Part shown: positions 1 through 11,800 of the stretch, piece by piece | Numbering within the stretch: the stretch's first letter is position 1 | Layout of the letters: every line of letters starts with the position of its first letter | Position numbers and translations under genes: made by a program | Assembly: GCA_964016885.1 (NCBI GenBank) | Contig: OZ024746.1 | Coordinates: forward strand, 79,980,001-80,044,000 | Direction of reading: 5' to 3' | DNA length: 64,000 bases | Origin: Eledone cirrhosa | Taxonomy: Eukaryota | Notes under the pieces: generated by a model | What the model saw: only the letters and a program-made list of their open reading frames with translations | Database searches by the model: none | What the model was told of the DNA's origin: nothing

Positions 1-30
1 TGTATGTATGTATGTATGTGTGTGTGTGTA

Positions 31-63
<33 letters not shown>

Positions 64-162
64 ATGTATGTATGCATGCATGCATGTATGTACGTACAAA
101 CGTGTGTATGTATGTGTGCATGTATGTATGTGTGTGTATATATGTGCGTATGTGTTGTGTGT

Positions 163-270
163 AGAAGAAGAAGAAGAAGAAGAAGAAGAAGAAGAAGAAG
201 AAGAAGAAGAAGAAGAAGAAGAAGAAGAAGAAGAAGAAGAAGAAGAAGAAGAAGAAGAAGAAGAAGAAGA
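163..270. repeat. (GAA)n microsatellite, preceded by (TATG)/(TG)/(TA) compound repeat
   Basis: Direct reading; explains the poly-R/poly-E ORFs. Confidence 0.97.
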
Positions 271-451
271 CACGATAATGTAAAATAATGCAGAGCCTGA
301 AAATTCAATACAATGAAATACTATGTATATATGAACCCGTAACTCCTGTTTCAGTTGTAGAAGCTCTGTCATGATATATAGCGTGACTAGCTAAGCCTCG
401 TGGATTTCTCCCAGAGAAGTAGAAAGAGAGTAAGAGAGATAGATAGATGAA

Positions 452-612
452 GAATCGACTACAGTACTAGAATGGTGCGTTTTTTATCAACCTTGATGGG
501 ATGAAAGCTAAAGTTGAACTCGACGAGATTTAAACTCGAAGCGCAGAGAGTCGCTGCCAATACTGCATAGCATTCTATGCGATGTTATAATGGCTCTGTC
601 AAGTTGCCGCCT
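452..612 (-). mobile_element. Old, diverged copy of the major tRNA-derived SINE
   Basis: Degenerate match to the SINE core (tttttatcaaccttgatgggatgaaagctaaagttgaactcgacgagatttaaactc). Confidence 0.65.
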
Positions 613-646
613 ATATGATGCTGTAGAATAAAATTTTAGCTGAAAC

Positions 647-844
647 CAGACCTGCCAACCTCTAAAACCCCAAACGGGAAGTGCCATGCAAAACAAAATG
701 TCCCAAAACGGGGAGAAATGAGGCAAAATGGAGAGATTTTTTTCATAATGAAAGCTATACCCATTTTCACAAGAGAAGACATCATTCACCCACCCCAAAA
801 AGAGGCGGGAGATCTTCCGTCGGTCGGGAGAGTTAACAGGTCTG
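647..844. mobile_element. Non-autonomous DNA transposon (MITE, hAT-like CAG termini)
   Basis: TIRs CAGACCTGCCAACCTCT / AGAGTTAACAGGTCTG; TGAAAC repeated directly on both sides (641-646, 845-850). Confidence 0.7.
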
Positions 845-939
845 TGAAACTTCATAAATTACGACTAAAATTCACTTTTTACAGATGTTCAAGCAATGAA
901 AGAAATTAATCAAACGATCTTATATTTATGTATGAAGTA

Positions 940-1148
940 ATGATTTCTACTATAGGCACAAGGCCAGCAATTTTGGGGGACGGGAAAGTCGATTAAATCG
1001 AAACCAGTGCGTGACTGGTACTGATTTTATTGACCCCGTAAGGATGAAAGGTAAAGTTAACCTCGGCAGGATTTGAACTCAGATCATAAAGAGCCGTAAC
1101 TGTATGCTGCAAAGCATGGCGTCCGACCCTCTACCGATACTGTTAGCC
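940..1148 (-). mobile_element. tRNA-derived SINE, long subtype
   Basis: B-box GAGTTCAAATCC, core (G/A)CCTTTCATCCTTACGGGGTC(G/A)ATAAAAT, extra ~30 bp GTCGATTAAATCGA segment, 3' GGCCTTGTGCCTATAGTAGAAA. Confidence 0.9.
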
Positions 1149-2029
1149 CTCTAATGAAATGTAATACGATTAACGTATGATTTATGTATGAAATAATTAT
1201 CGTTGAATATGCATGTTAACAAAGGAAAACGCCTTGAATTTTATGGAGCGCGTAACAGTATTTAAATAAAGTTCTCCGGCTTTCAGATACTAGACATTGC
1301 ATCTTTATATATATATTGTGATAACAAAATCATTAAATGCGAGATGCCCTTTAACGTAAAAAGTTTTACATATTTGTTTAGAGCGTCTACCATTAACAGT
1401 AGAAGGCTGGCTAGTGTTCAAGCATTAGATATTTTTAAATAATTCATCATATATTTCGATTTTATGGTGACAAAATAATATTAGCTTTGAATGGGTGTTT
1501 AAAAATTCCTATTAAATAACAGTCATTTTCTTTGAAATCACATTGATGACAGTTATCGTTGCCATAATTATAAGGTATGCATGTTCTAATACTTTCGAAG
1601 CAGTTTTATAGCTTCTAATATTGTTATGTCTTAAAGACCAAAAATATTTCGGCATACTTGTGTCCAAAGATCGCTTAGGATACTGAAAATTAGGTTGAGG
1701 TCAACGTAATATACTCTTTAAAACTAAGCTATCAGCTGTACTTTAGTCTGATAAACTATCAATTTCGGGGGTTATAAATTATTTTATGAGCAATTTACAC
1801 GGTCAAAACACTTGCATGTACAGGAAGAATTGTTTGAACATAACCATTTGAGAATTTTAATATCAATTTTAGTTATTTCTATAGCAAAATTATATGTACA
1901 ATTGTAACTAAATTCAATATTATTCCTATTAAAATTTTCTCTATTACGATTTTTCGATAATGTCCACAAAGCTTTTGAAATATTGTGCATTATTTTCTGG
2001 AGAATATATATATGTGTGTGTATGTGTGT

Positions 2030-2302
2030 GAAGGCGTGTAGCTGTGTGGTTAAGGCATCGTAAAGGGTATGAGTTCAATTCTCGGCGGCGTGTTGTGTCC
2101 AATCACTTTATTTCACGTTGCACCAGTTCATTCAGCTGGCAAAAATGCGTTGTACCTGCTATTCGAACAGTCAGCTTTGTCATATTGAGTGTCAGGCTAA
2201 TTCTCCCTGTGTACTACGTTTCTGTGGAATGCTCAGTCACTTCCATGTTAATTTCGCGCGCAGGGTTCTTCCATTGATCGTGTCAACTGGAACACTCGTC
2301 GA
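2030..2302 (+). mobile_element. Second tRNA-headed SINE family, 3'-truncated
   Basis: A-box-like TAGCTGTGTGG, B-box-like GAGTTCAATTC, CACTTTATTTCACGTTGC domain shared with 60151-60485. Confidence 0.7.
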
Positions 2303-2311
2303 TATATATAA

Positions 2312-2399
<88 letters not shown>

Positions 2400-2420
2400 C
2401 GCACATACATAGATATATAT

Positions 2421-2557
2421 TTAAAATGGCACTCCGTCGGTTACGTCGACGAGTGTTCCAGTTGACACGATCAATAGAAGAACCCTGCGCGCGAAATTAA
2501 CATGGAAGTGACTGAGCATTCCACAGAAACGCGTACGCTTAACGTAGTACACAGGGA

Positions 2558-2560
<3 letters not shown>
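2421..2560 (-). mobile_element. Inverted copy of the 3' part of the preceding SINE
   Basis: Reverse complement nearly identical to 2201-2302, extended by the element 3' end. Confidence 0.85.
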
Positions 2561-2616
<56 letters not shown>

Positions 2617-2648
2617 TACATATATATATATGTATATATATGTGTGTG

Positions 2649-2680
<32 letters not shown>

Positions 2681-2728
2681 CTTATCGAGCCCTCTTTGGA
2701 TTTTAGTCTTCAAATTTATTATTATTAC

Positions 2729-2906
2729 TAGTATCGGTAGAGGGTCGGACGCCATGCTTTGACGCATAGAGTTACGGCCCTTGCCATTCTGAGTTCAAAT
2801 CCCGCCGAGGTTAACTTTGCCTTTCATCCTTATGGGGTTGATAAAATAAAGTACCAGTAATACACTGAGTAATTGCTGGCCTTGAGCCCAAAGTAGAAAC
2901 AATTAT

Positions 2907-2908
<2 letters not shown>
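2729..2908 (+). mobile_element. tRNA-derived SINE, short subtype
   Basis: GTATCGGTAGAGGGTCGGACGCCATGC head, GAGTTCAAATCCCGCC B-box, core, AAAGTAGAAACAATTATT end. Confidence 0.92.
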
Positions 2909-2986
<78 letters not shown>

Positions 2987-3121
2987 GCATATATATATAT
3001 ATGCACGCATGTATGTTTATGTATACATATATCTATATACAATATACCCACAAACAGAGACACGATATAAAAATAAAAGAAAGATAGAAAGACGTAATGA
3101 AAGAAAGAGAAAGAGAAACGA

Positions 3122-3193
<72 letters not shown>

Positions 3194-3518
3194 ACGAAAG
3201 AACGAAAGAAATAACGAAAGAAAGATAGAAAGAAAGATAGAACGGCGTGAAGCGTGAGAGAAGTAATACATTTGAGACTATACCGTATGGCTGGAACCGG
3301 CGAGTAAGAATATCTGATCTATTAGGATAATATAAGATATCAATTAGTATGACAAGATATCATATCGTCTTACATCCCTTCGTTTACTTTTAATTTAGCC
3401 AGCTATCAGCTGATAAGCGTGTCCCCTTGCTTACTTCTTCTTTGTCCCCTTTATAATCGTTCATCATTTACTTCTCGTTATCGTCGATCATGTTGCTGAT
3501 TCGAATGCAATTACATAC

Positions 3519-3644
<126 letters not shown>

Positions 3645-3649
3645 TTACA

Positions 3650-3682
<33 letters not shown>

Positions 3683-3686
3683 TTAC

Positions 3687-3726
<40 letters not shown>

Positions 3727-3839
3727 TTCTGAAGACGGCGAGTAGTGAGGATGTATATATATATACATATATTTATATATATACATATATATATACATAT
3801 ATATATTTCTGAAGACGGCGGGTAGTGAAGACGTATATA

Positions 3840-3898
<59 letters not shown>

Positions 3899-3900
<2 letters not shown>

Positions 3901-4089
3901 TTTATCCCGGGTTCAATCGGGGGTAACCACAGTAAGTAAGGTACTCAATACAAAGCAGAGTATAAATATTTTATATAGAAAAGGCTTCTACAGGACTCGA
4001 ACTATTTCATTCGGGAGAAATCATCAGGAACCGCATGATGATTTCTCCCGAATGAAACAGTTCTAGTCCTGTAGAAGCCTTTTCTATAT

Positions 4090-4095
<6 letters not shown>
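3899..4095 (-). mobile_element. PLE terminal-repeat remnant: 54-bp inverted arms plus one-sided tail in (TA)n
   Basis: Arms 3973-4026 / 4036-4089; CTGATGA...GAAA motif at the centre; tail contains ACTC...TTGAGTAC. Confidence 0.7.
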
Positions 4096-4146
<51 letters not shown>

Positions 4147-4152
<6 letters not shown>

Positions 4153-4405
4153 TTAACAAATGGAAACTATATTTATAAAACCATATTTATTTCATTATAC
4201 ATATTTCAAGGACACCAAAGCAAATTATGGTGCGCTTTCATGTCCTTGGTGTTCTTGAAATATGTATAATGAAATAAATATGGTTTTATAATTATAGTTT
4301 CCATTTGTTAATATATTGTATTTTTACTCCAAAAATTTGTTGAGTGCTTTATATCAGTTATAAAAATATTTGCTTGTTGTATCCCAACAAATTAAATATA
4401 ACTTC

Positions 4406-4410
<5 letters not shown>
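4147..4410 (+). mobile_element. Hairpin-plus-tail element in (TA)n, same family as 38156-38412
   Basis: ~70-bp inverted arms; tail 4317-4410 matches the reverse complement of 38156-38245. Confidence 0.75.
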
Positions 4411-4452
<42 letters not shown>

Positions 4453-4457
<5 letters not shown>

Positions 4458-4560
4458 AACGAGTAGGACCCAGACGGCTGAGCTCAAGCCGTTTCGACGG
4501 CTATTTCTGGACGTCGAAACGGCTTGAGCTCTGCCGTCGGGGTCATACTTTTTCCTATAT
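4453..4560. mobile_element. Inverted pair of PLE terminal-repeat fragments carrying the 3' half of a hammerhead (GAAAC-stem III-GTC)
   Basis: GAAACGGC-TTGAGCTCT-GCCGTC-GGGG on +, mirrored on -; both arms stop at TTCCTAT then (TA)n. Confidence 0.7.
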
Positions 4561-4640
4561 ATATATATATATATATATAAGCGTTAACCTAATACTAACA
4601 CTGTACTGCACTCTTCGTTATTGTTTTTTTGTTTTTTTTA

Positions 4641-4672
<32 letters not shown>

Positions 4673-4922
4673 AGAGGGGTGTGCTCATACGTGGAGATGC
4701 TATAAAATAGCTTATAAAACAGGGTGAAAACGGAAGAAGTTAATGCCATCGGCCTCTATATGAATGAGATTTTACTAGTTGAAATAAGTAAGACTATTAT
4801 TTACGTTACTGTTACTACCCTATATTTAAGTACACTATAGATATAGATCTTATTAATAAGATATTATTTACACAACGACTAAGCTTAACCGTTCTGGCTC
4901 ACTCATCGGGTAAAGAATCCTC

Positions 4923-4969
<47 letters not shown>

Positions 4970-4971
<2 letters not shown>

Positions 4972-5060
4972 CGAAGGAAATGTTATAAGGAACCAGGTGG
5001 ACCATAACGCACCAAAGTACTCAATACTTAGGGTAGTAGAGTGGGTAATAGGAACGAGTA
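4970..5060 (-). mobile_element. Tail segment of the same PLE-derived family (also 15130-15237, 62394-62500)
   Basis: AAGGAACCAGGTGGACCATAACGCACCAAAGTACTCAATACTTAGGG recurs at 15148 and, more diverged, at 62414. Confidence 0.75.
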
Positions 5061-5074
5061 TATGTGTGTGTGTT

Positions 5075-5470
5075 GGTTATAGAATGTTTACTGGGGTTGT
5101 CTTTGTGTCACCCCAACTAGAAGATCTTGTGTAAGTGAAAGAAGCACTCAACGTCGATTGTATCTTTCCAAATTGTTGTGGTATATCATTGGCTTTACAC
5201 GACGGTGTATATGTACATTAATAATAAAATACAATGGCTAGATTTCCATAATTCCTTTTATTATGTAATTACCCAGAATACGTATTTCTGTGGTGTCACT
5301 GTCACATCATGATACCATAACGCGATTACTGACACAACGTCTTCAGACAACCTCTTAGGTATAATATTTATTATGTAATCCAATTCTAATATGGAGACAG
5401 ACATGACGTAATGATAACACAAAAATGTATATTATGGCCAATCACGTAATAAAAGGAATTATGGAAATCT
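5075..5470 (-). mobile_element. Older hairpin-plus-tail element
   Basis: Diverged inverted arms 5239-5312 / 5402-5470 (AGATTTCCATAATTCCTTTTATTA); tail has TTGAGTGC on -. Confidence 0.55.
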
Positions 5471-5504
5471 GATTTATTACTACTATGTGTGTGTGTGTGT
5501 GTGT

Positions 5505-5602
<98 letters not shown>

Positions 5603-5629
5603 ACGTGTGTTTGTAGACCGATAAACACA

Positions 5630-5650
5630 TAGATAGATCGATAATAGATC

Positions 5651-5711
<61 letters not shown>

Positions 5712-5754
5712 GTAGAAAGATAGATAAATATATAGATAGATAGATAGATAGATA
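5630..5754. repeat. (GATA)n tract flanking the 3' end of Tx1 copy A
   Basis: Direct reading. Confidence 0.95.
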
Positions 5755-7501
5755 TATTTCTTTTATTTGCCACTAGGGCATCAAAAGTGGGACAAGTACA
5801 AAGGGGGGAGTTTACACAAAAAGGCGTCCTCAATAAGGAGGAGGCAATAACAAAATATAAAAATAAAATAAGATATAACAAAAAATAAAATTTTTAACAA
5901 AATCCTCAATAGAGAGGAGGCGCCTTGGGGGGTCGCACACACCCCCGAAAAAAGTGTGCAACCCTTCTCCTCAGGAGCACAGAGAAGGGGTGCTCCCTTG
6001 GTCTTTCATCTTCCTCACCTATAGTCTGATGTAGAGTGAAGGCCCATTCACACGGGCCATTCTCGCCACTTTCACCCATCTTTCATAGAAACGGCTGGGG
6101 TGCAGCACCTCTCTCTCCATCCTGATCCTTCTTCCGAAATGATATCGGAAGAAACGGACCAGTTGTTGGCCAGAGAGAAAGGTGCCTGACCTCAGTCCTT
6201 TCAGACGCGTCCACCATACAACCTCTTTCGCCATGGCTATTACGCACAGAAACACCGCCTCTGCTTCATCTTTGAAGGGGGGAGGCGGCTTGATCATTAC
6301 AATAGACTCGGTGGTCAACCGGATCGGTCCCACCCTTGACAGCAGTTGTTCGACATAGCCCCACAGATCGGCTACGCCCGAGCAGTGTACCAATGCGTGT
6401 GCAACGGTTTCCTCGTCGCACACGCATCTGGGACAGATCTTTTTGGCGGGGTCCCTACCCGGGCGCCCGTGTCTGTAGAGCCTTTCTCGAACGGGTAAAG
6501 CCCCTCGGTAGCACTGCCAGGCCAGGGACTTCTGGAAGTTGTCCATAGGTCCCGGGCTGAATGTCCTACCGAACAGGCTGGCCAGTTCGTCCTCCTCCAT
6601 GTCTAGGGCTTCTCCGAGGGCGTCGTCGCACCTGCTGCGTACCAGCCCTCTATAGAATGTTGCGGTGGAGTCTCCACTGATAACCGGATCCGCCTGCCAG
6701 AGGGCGGTGAGCGCCTGGGCACACTCAGTGTGCCAGGCGCCCAGTTTTCTCGGTCTTTGCTTGACCCAGGATTGCAGCTCGGTGAGTGAGACGAGTCTGG
6801 GAAAGGTTCGTCTCACAAACGAGGCCCACACCGGTTGTCCGGTGAGGAATACGTAGAGGTGCCGTAGCCTTAATGCGTGTTTACGCATCATTAGCCACGG
6901 CATCCCCAGCCCTCCTTTCGAAGGGTGTTGACAGCAGATGGATCTCCTCACCATAGGAGCCCGCCTCTTCCAAAGGAATTGGAAGAGCGCGCGCTCCATC
7001 TTGGTGAGGGTTTCCCTTGGGCAGGGCACTACGGTCAGGCGGTAGTAGATGACGGACGCTATGTAGGTGTTCGCCACCTCCGCCCGACCTTTCAGGGATA
7101 GTTTGCAACTGGCCCACTTCTGGGTCAGTGCAAACACCCTGTTCGTAACCTCCGCCCAGTTTTTCTCCACCTGGAGGTCCGGTCCGAACCAGACCCCGAG
7201 CAACTTCACCGGGCCCTCCGTCCAGCGTCCGACGACGCCATCGGAGGGCATCGGTCTGCCCCTCCACGTGCCGAGTTGCAAACCGATCGACTTGTCCCGG
7301 TTCAGCTTAGCCCCTGTGAACCTTTCGTACTCCTCCAGTAAGGTGCCGACCGCCTCGATTTCGGAGGCCGTCGACACCATTACTGTCACGTCATCGGCGT
7401 AGGCCGACACCGCTTTCCGCAATCCCGGTTCCAAAGGGATGCCCTGCAACAACTCCAACTTCCGCAGTAGTGGCTCTAGAGTCAACACATACAGAAGGGA
7501 G
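5755..7501 (-). mobile_element. Tx1/L1-clade non-LTR retrotransposon copy A, 5'-truncated (RT C-terminal half, CCHC finger, 3'UTR)
   Basis: Open frame 6019-7500: ..LLYVLTLEPLL, YADD, AKLNRDKS, KLLGVWF, LSLKGRAEVAN, GGLG, CPRCVCDEETVAHALVHC; 3'UTR ends AATAAAAGAAA then (TATC)n. Confidence 0.93.

Positions 7502-7551
<50 letters not shown>
7502..7551. repeat. (GATA)n spacer between Tx1 copies A and B
   Basis: Direct reading. Confidence 0.97.
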
Positions 7552-7552
<1 letters not shown>

Positions 7553-9170
7553 TTCTTTATTTACCATAAAGGCATAAAAAGAAAGGACAAATACAAAGGG
7601 GGAGTTTACATATAATCGAGTAAAAAGGGTGTAACATGAAAATAATCGAAAATAACCTCAAAAGGGAGGGGACGTGATGGGGGTTGCACACACCCCCGAA
7701 AAAGTGTGCAATCCTTTTCCCGGGGAGCACATGGAGAAGGTGCTCCCCTCTCCTTTACTTCTTTACCTACAGGATGGTATACAGAGAAGGCCCATTTACA
7801 CGAGCCATTCTCGCCACTATCACCCACCTTTCATAAAACTGCCTGTAGCCAAGCACCTCTCTCTCTATTCTTATCCTTCTTCCGAAGTGATATCGGAAGA
7901 AGTAGACCAGACTATGGCCAGAGAGGAAGTTGCCTGACCTCAGACCTTTCAATCGTGTCCACCAAACAACCTCTTTCAACATGGCTATTACGCACAGAAA
8001 AACCGCCTTTGCTTCCTTTGTGAAGAGGAGAGGCGGTTTGATTGTCATCACGGACTCGGCGGTCAATTTAATCGGCGCCACCCGCGACAGCAGTCGTTCG
8101 GCGTAGCCCCACAGATCAGCCACGCCCGGACATTGCACCAATGCGTGCGCAACGGTTTCTTCGTGACGCACGCATCTAGGGCAAATCTTTTTTGAGGGAT
8201 CCCTGCCCGGGCGCCCGTGTCTGTAGAGCCTCTCTCGAACGGGTAGAGCCCCCCGGTAGCACTGCCAGGCCAGTGACTTCTGGAAGTTATCCATTGGTCC
8301 TGGGCCGAAAGTCCTACCGAACAGGCTGGCCAGTTCGTCTTCTTCCATGTCCAGCGACTCTCCAAGGGTGTCATCGCCCCTGCTAGCCACCAGCCCTCTA
8401 TAGAATGCTGAGGTGGATTCTCCACCGATGGCCTGGCCCGCTTGCCAGAGAGCCCTGAGCGCCTGAGCACACTCAGTGTGCCAGTCTCCCAGTTTTCCGG
8501 ATCTTTCTTGACCCAGGACTGTAGCTCGGTGAGCGAGACGAGTCTCGGAAAGGCTCGTTTCACGAACGGAGCCCACACCGGTTGACCAGTGAGGAATACC
8601 TGTAGGTGCCGTAGCCTTAATGCGTGCCTACGCATCATCAACCACGGCATCCCCAGTCCTCCTTTCGAAGGTTGTTGGCAGCAGATGGATCTTCTCACCA
8701 TAGGAGGACGCTTCTTCCAAAGAAATTGGAAGAGCATGCGTTCCATGGTGGTGAGTGTTTCCTTAGGGCAAGGCACGACAGTCAGGCGGTAGTAAGTGAC
8801 GGACGCTATGTAAATGTTCGCCACCTCCGCCCAGCCTTTTAGGGACAGCTTACACTTGGCCCATTTCTGGGTTAGTGCAAACACCTTGTTCGTTACCTCG
8901 TTCCAGTTCTTTTCCACCTGGAGGTCCGGTCCAAACCAGACCCCAAGCAACTTTACCGGGCCCTCCGTCCAGTGTCCGACGACACCGTCAGGAGGCATCG
9001 GTCTGCCTCTCCACGTTCCGAGTTGCAGCCCGATGGATTTTTCCCGGTTCAGTTTCGCTCCTGACAACCTTTCGTACTCCTCCAGTAAGGTACCGATCGC
9101 CTCGATCACCGAGTCGGTTGATACCATTACTGTTACGTTATCGGCGTAGGCCGACACCGCTTTGCTCATT
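7552..9170 (-). mobile_element. Tx1/L1-clade retrotransposon copy B, 5'-truncated and defective
   Basis: Homologous to copy A; catalytic YADD reads YADN; frameshift near 8505 splits it into track ORFs 8063-9169 and 7767-8576; (GATA)n at both ends. Confidence 0.93.

Positions 9171-9226
<56 letters not shown>
9171..9226. repeat. (GATA)n tract at the 5' junction of Tx1 copy B
   Basis: Direct reading. Confidence 0.97.
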
Positions 9227-9227
<1 letters not shown>

Positions 9228-9601
9228 GAATAATAGTCTTACAAATTAGGCATATAAGCCACTAGAGACTGTGTGCAGGTATTGGACAGTTATTTTTGCG
9301 TAATTAACCTCTAAAGCCGAGGGAGTATCAGTTGTCTTTGGCAAACTTTACTTTATCAATATTTCATTAAATAGAACATTACATCACATTCTACTATATG
9401 CCAAGTGGAGAGCGCTATCATTCTTGCAAATATAAGAAAACAAATATTGTTTCAAAATTTCATACGTAGTTATATATATTTACAAACTGGAATGGAGAAA
9501 ACAGAACAGTATGGTGAAGAGGCAAACTCTACACTATTGGATGCGCCCAGCGAACAAGATAGCAAAAAACATTGGCGAGGAGAACAGCCAATGATACTCA
9601 C

Positions 9602-9670
9602 TGCATCAGCCACTTCAGCTAACTGGGCTCTTTTCTCAGTCGATATCACCTCGGTTCGATCTAACGAAGG
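9602..9670 (-). CDS. Candidate internal coding exon, 69 nt, phase 0/0 (PSLDRTEVISTEKRAQLAEVADA)
   Basis: Acceptor catctttaacag, donor GCA|gtgagt; only one of three frames is open; no family recognised. Confidence 0.35.
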
Positions 9671-9679
9671 CTGTTAAAG

Positions 9680-10200
9680 ATGAGATTCAAGGTCCTCTTG
9701 TGACGCTAAACTCCGCCAGTTGCAAAGTGCGCATTAACATGTGATATCTCTCTCCACAAAGTTCGATCACCAGCAGCAGAGTTTAAAGAGCAAAGATCAA
9801 GTCCAGTCCATGAATTGACATTGTCAAGCCATCGTTTTGGCTGCCAGCCTCTGCTTCTCTTATCAGCCAACCTTCCTTCCAGCATAACCTACTCACACCA
9901 CGAGATTCAATGTGACCATCTTCAAATACAACTAGGTAGCTAGCCCAAATCATACATGCTAATGCTCAATAAAAAAAATATAAATGCCTAGCAGAAGAAC
10001 AATGTGCTCACTGATACATTGGCGCCCTAGGTTTTCGTCCAAGTTAAATATTTATCGATGGGGAAAAGATATAGAAATTACTAAAATAAGTCCAGATGTC
10101 GATGTAGCTTCACATCTCTTCCACTGCACAACTAATACTAGTAATCTAAATTTGCTAAAAACAGGCTTGATGGCTTCAAATCGAATAACAACATTGAGCT
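9680..10200 (-). mobile_element. Internally deleted RTE-type LINE derivative, copy 1 (includes 3' end)
   Basis: RTE C-terminal motif GH..R....LEGRLADKRSRG.QPKRWLD....WTG....DR..WR joined to an APE-like segment. Confidence 0.75.
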
Positions 10201-10386
10201 TCTATTGAGGTAACTACAGCGACGACAATAGAAGTCAGATACGAACCAATGAACCAAATTACAGGAGACATAAATAATCTATACCTTGTTTTTTATCTGT
10301 TGTTACTGTTCACTGATGCTTATGTACACATACATACATACATACATACATACATACATACATACATACATACATACATACATACA

Positions 10387-10417
<31 letters not shown>

Positions 10418-10612
10418 GTAGATACTTAATTATATGTACATAAACATTTATCTATATGTGTATGCAGCTCTGTACCGATGAATATGTATGCATATGTCTC
10501 TCTGTGTATGTGTATGTATGTGTGTGTATGCAAGTATGCATTTACAATGTAAAAGTACACATCAAATGCATGTAATGCATTTACAAAGAGAGAATGTATA
10601 TATATACATACA

Positions 10613-10658
<46 letters not shown>

Positions 10659-11431
10659 CATATGTATATATAGAAAGCGAATGTGGGACGTGTAAAAAGA
10701 AAAATTGATCAATGAATTAATAACAAACAAATAGCTAAAGAAACATATATAAACAGATCAATAAATATATATAAATATGTCAATCAGTTTGAACGAGGGT
10801 ATATAGCTGTGATTCATTTATGATCACTAATGACTCAATAATTACACAAACGTAATTTTTTTTGTTGTATTTTTTTCTACTCCACAATATCATTCGTGAC
10901 ATTATATCGCAGAAATGGAGTTTTCTGCCAGAAGCTTTATTTTCTTTTCATTACATCTGCAGCTGAACATTTGAACAATCAATTTCCTGTTTCCTCCATT
11001 TTCTTTATCCTTTTCTTGCCTCTATGCCATCTTACTTTTTATTTTTTGTTTATTTTGTTTTTTCTGTTGTTCTTTTTAGGTAAACATCTATAACTGCCAT
11101 TTTATTCTGTTAAATTGGAATTACATCTGTAAATGAATTTAGTTTCATATTTATTCTTTCTCTCACCTATATCCTCAAATCATCCTTGATAACGACAACC
11201 TCAGGAAAAAATACATGTTTTGTCAATATATATATATGTATTAATATTATGTACTTATGTATTTATTTATGTATGTTCGTTGGTATTTATGTATACATGT
11301 ATGTATATATGTATGTATGTATGTATATATGTATGTAGGTAGGTAGGTAAGAAGGTGGGTAGATAGGCGCGTAGGTGGGTTAATAGGTAAATAAGAAGGT
11401 AGGTAGACAGGCAAGTAGGTAGGAAGGTAAG

Positions 11432-11564
<133 letters not shown>

Positions 11565-11800
11565 TGCTAGAACGTCGGAATTAATACTTTATGGTATAAA
11601 TACTTCACAACCATCTAATCCTGAGTTCAATCTCGCAGCATTTCGACCAAAGCCTTGTGAGTGCATTTCTATCGTATAGAAAGATATGTATATCACCATT
11701 TATGTTGAAATCAGCACTACAAACAAAACGTACTCAGCGAAAACTTAACTTCATGCAGTTTTGAAATTTGTCACCAACAGAAAACTAACGATATATCATA

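Noticed and set aside
5270-5350. Hammerhead on - (CTGAAGA...GAAATACGTATT)
   Set aside because: A palindrome and partial stem II exist, but stem I cannot be formed; too decayed to call.
5755-9170. Tandem host gene pair or active retrotransposon
   Set aside because: Both copies lack ORF1, the endonuclease and the N-terminal RT; copy B has YADN and a frameshift.
6336-9174. Plus-strand and alternate-frame ORFs over the Tx1 copies
   Set aside because: Antisense or frame shadows of the GC-rich RT coding sequence.
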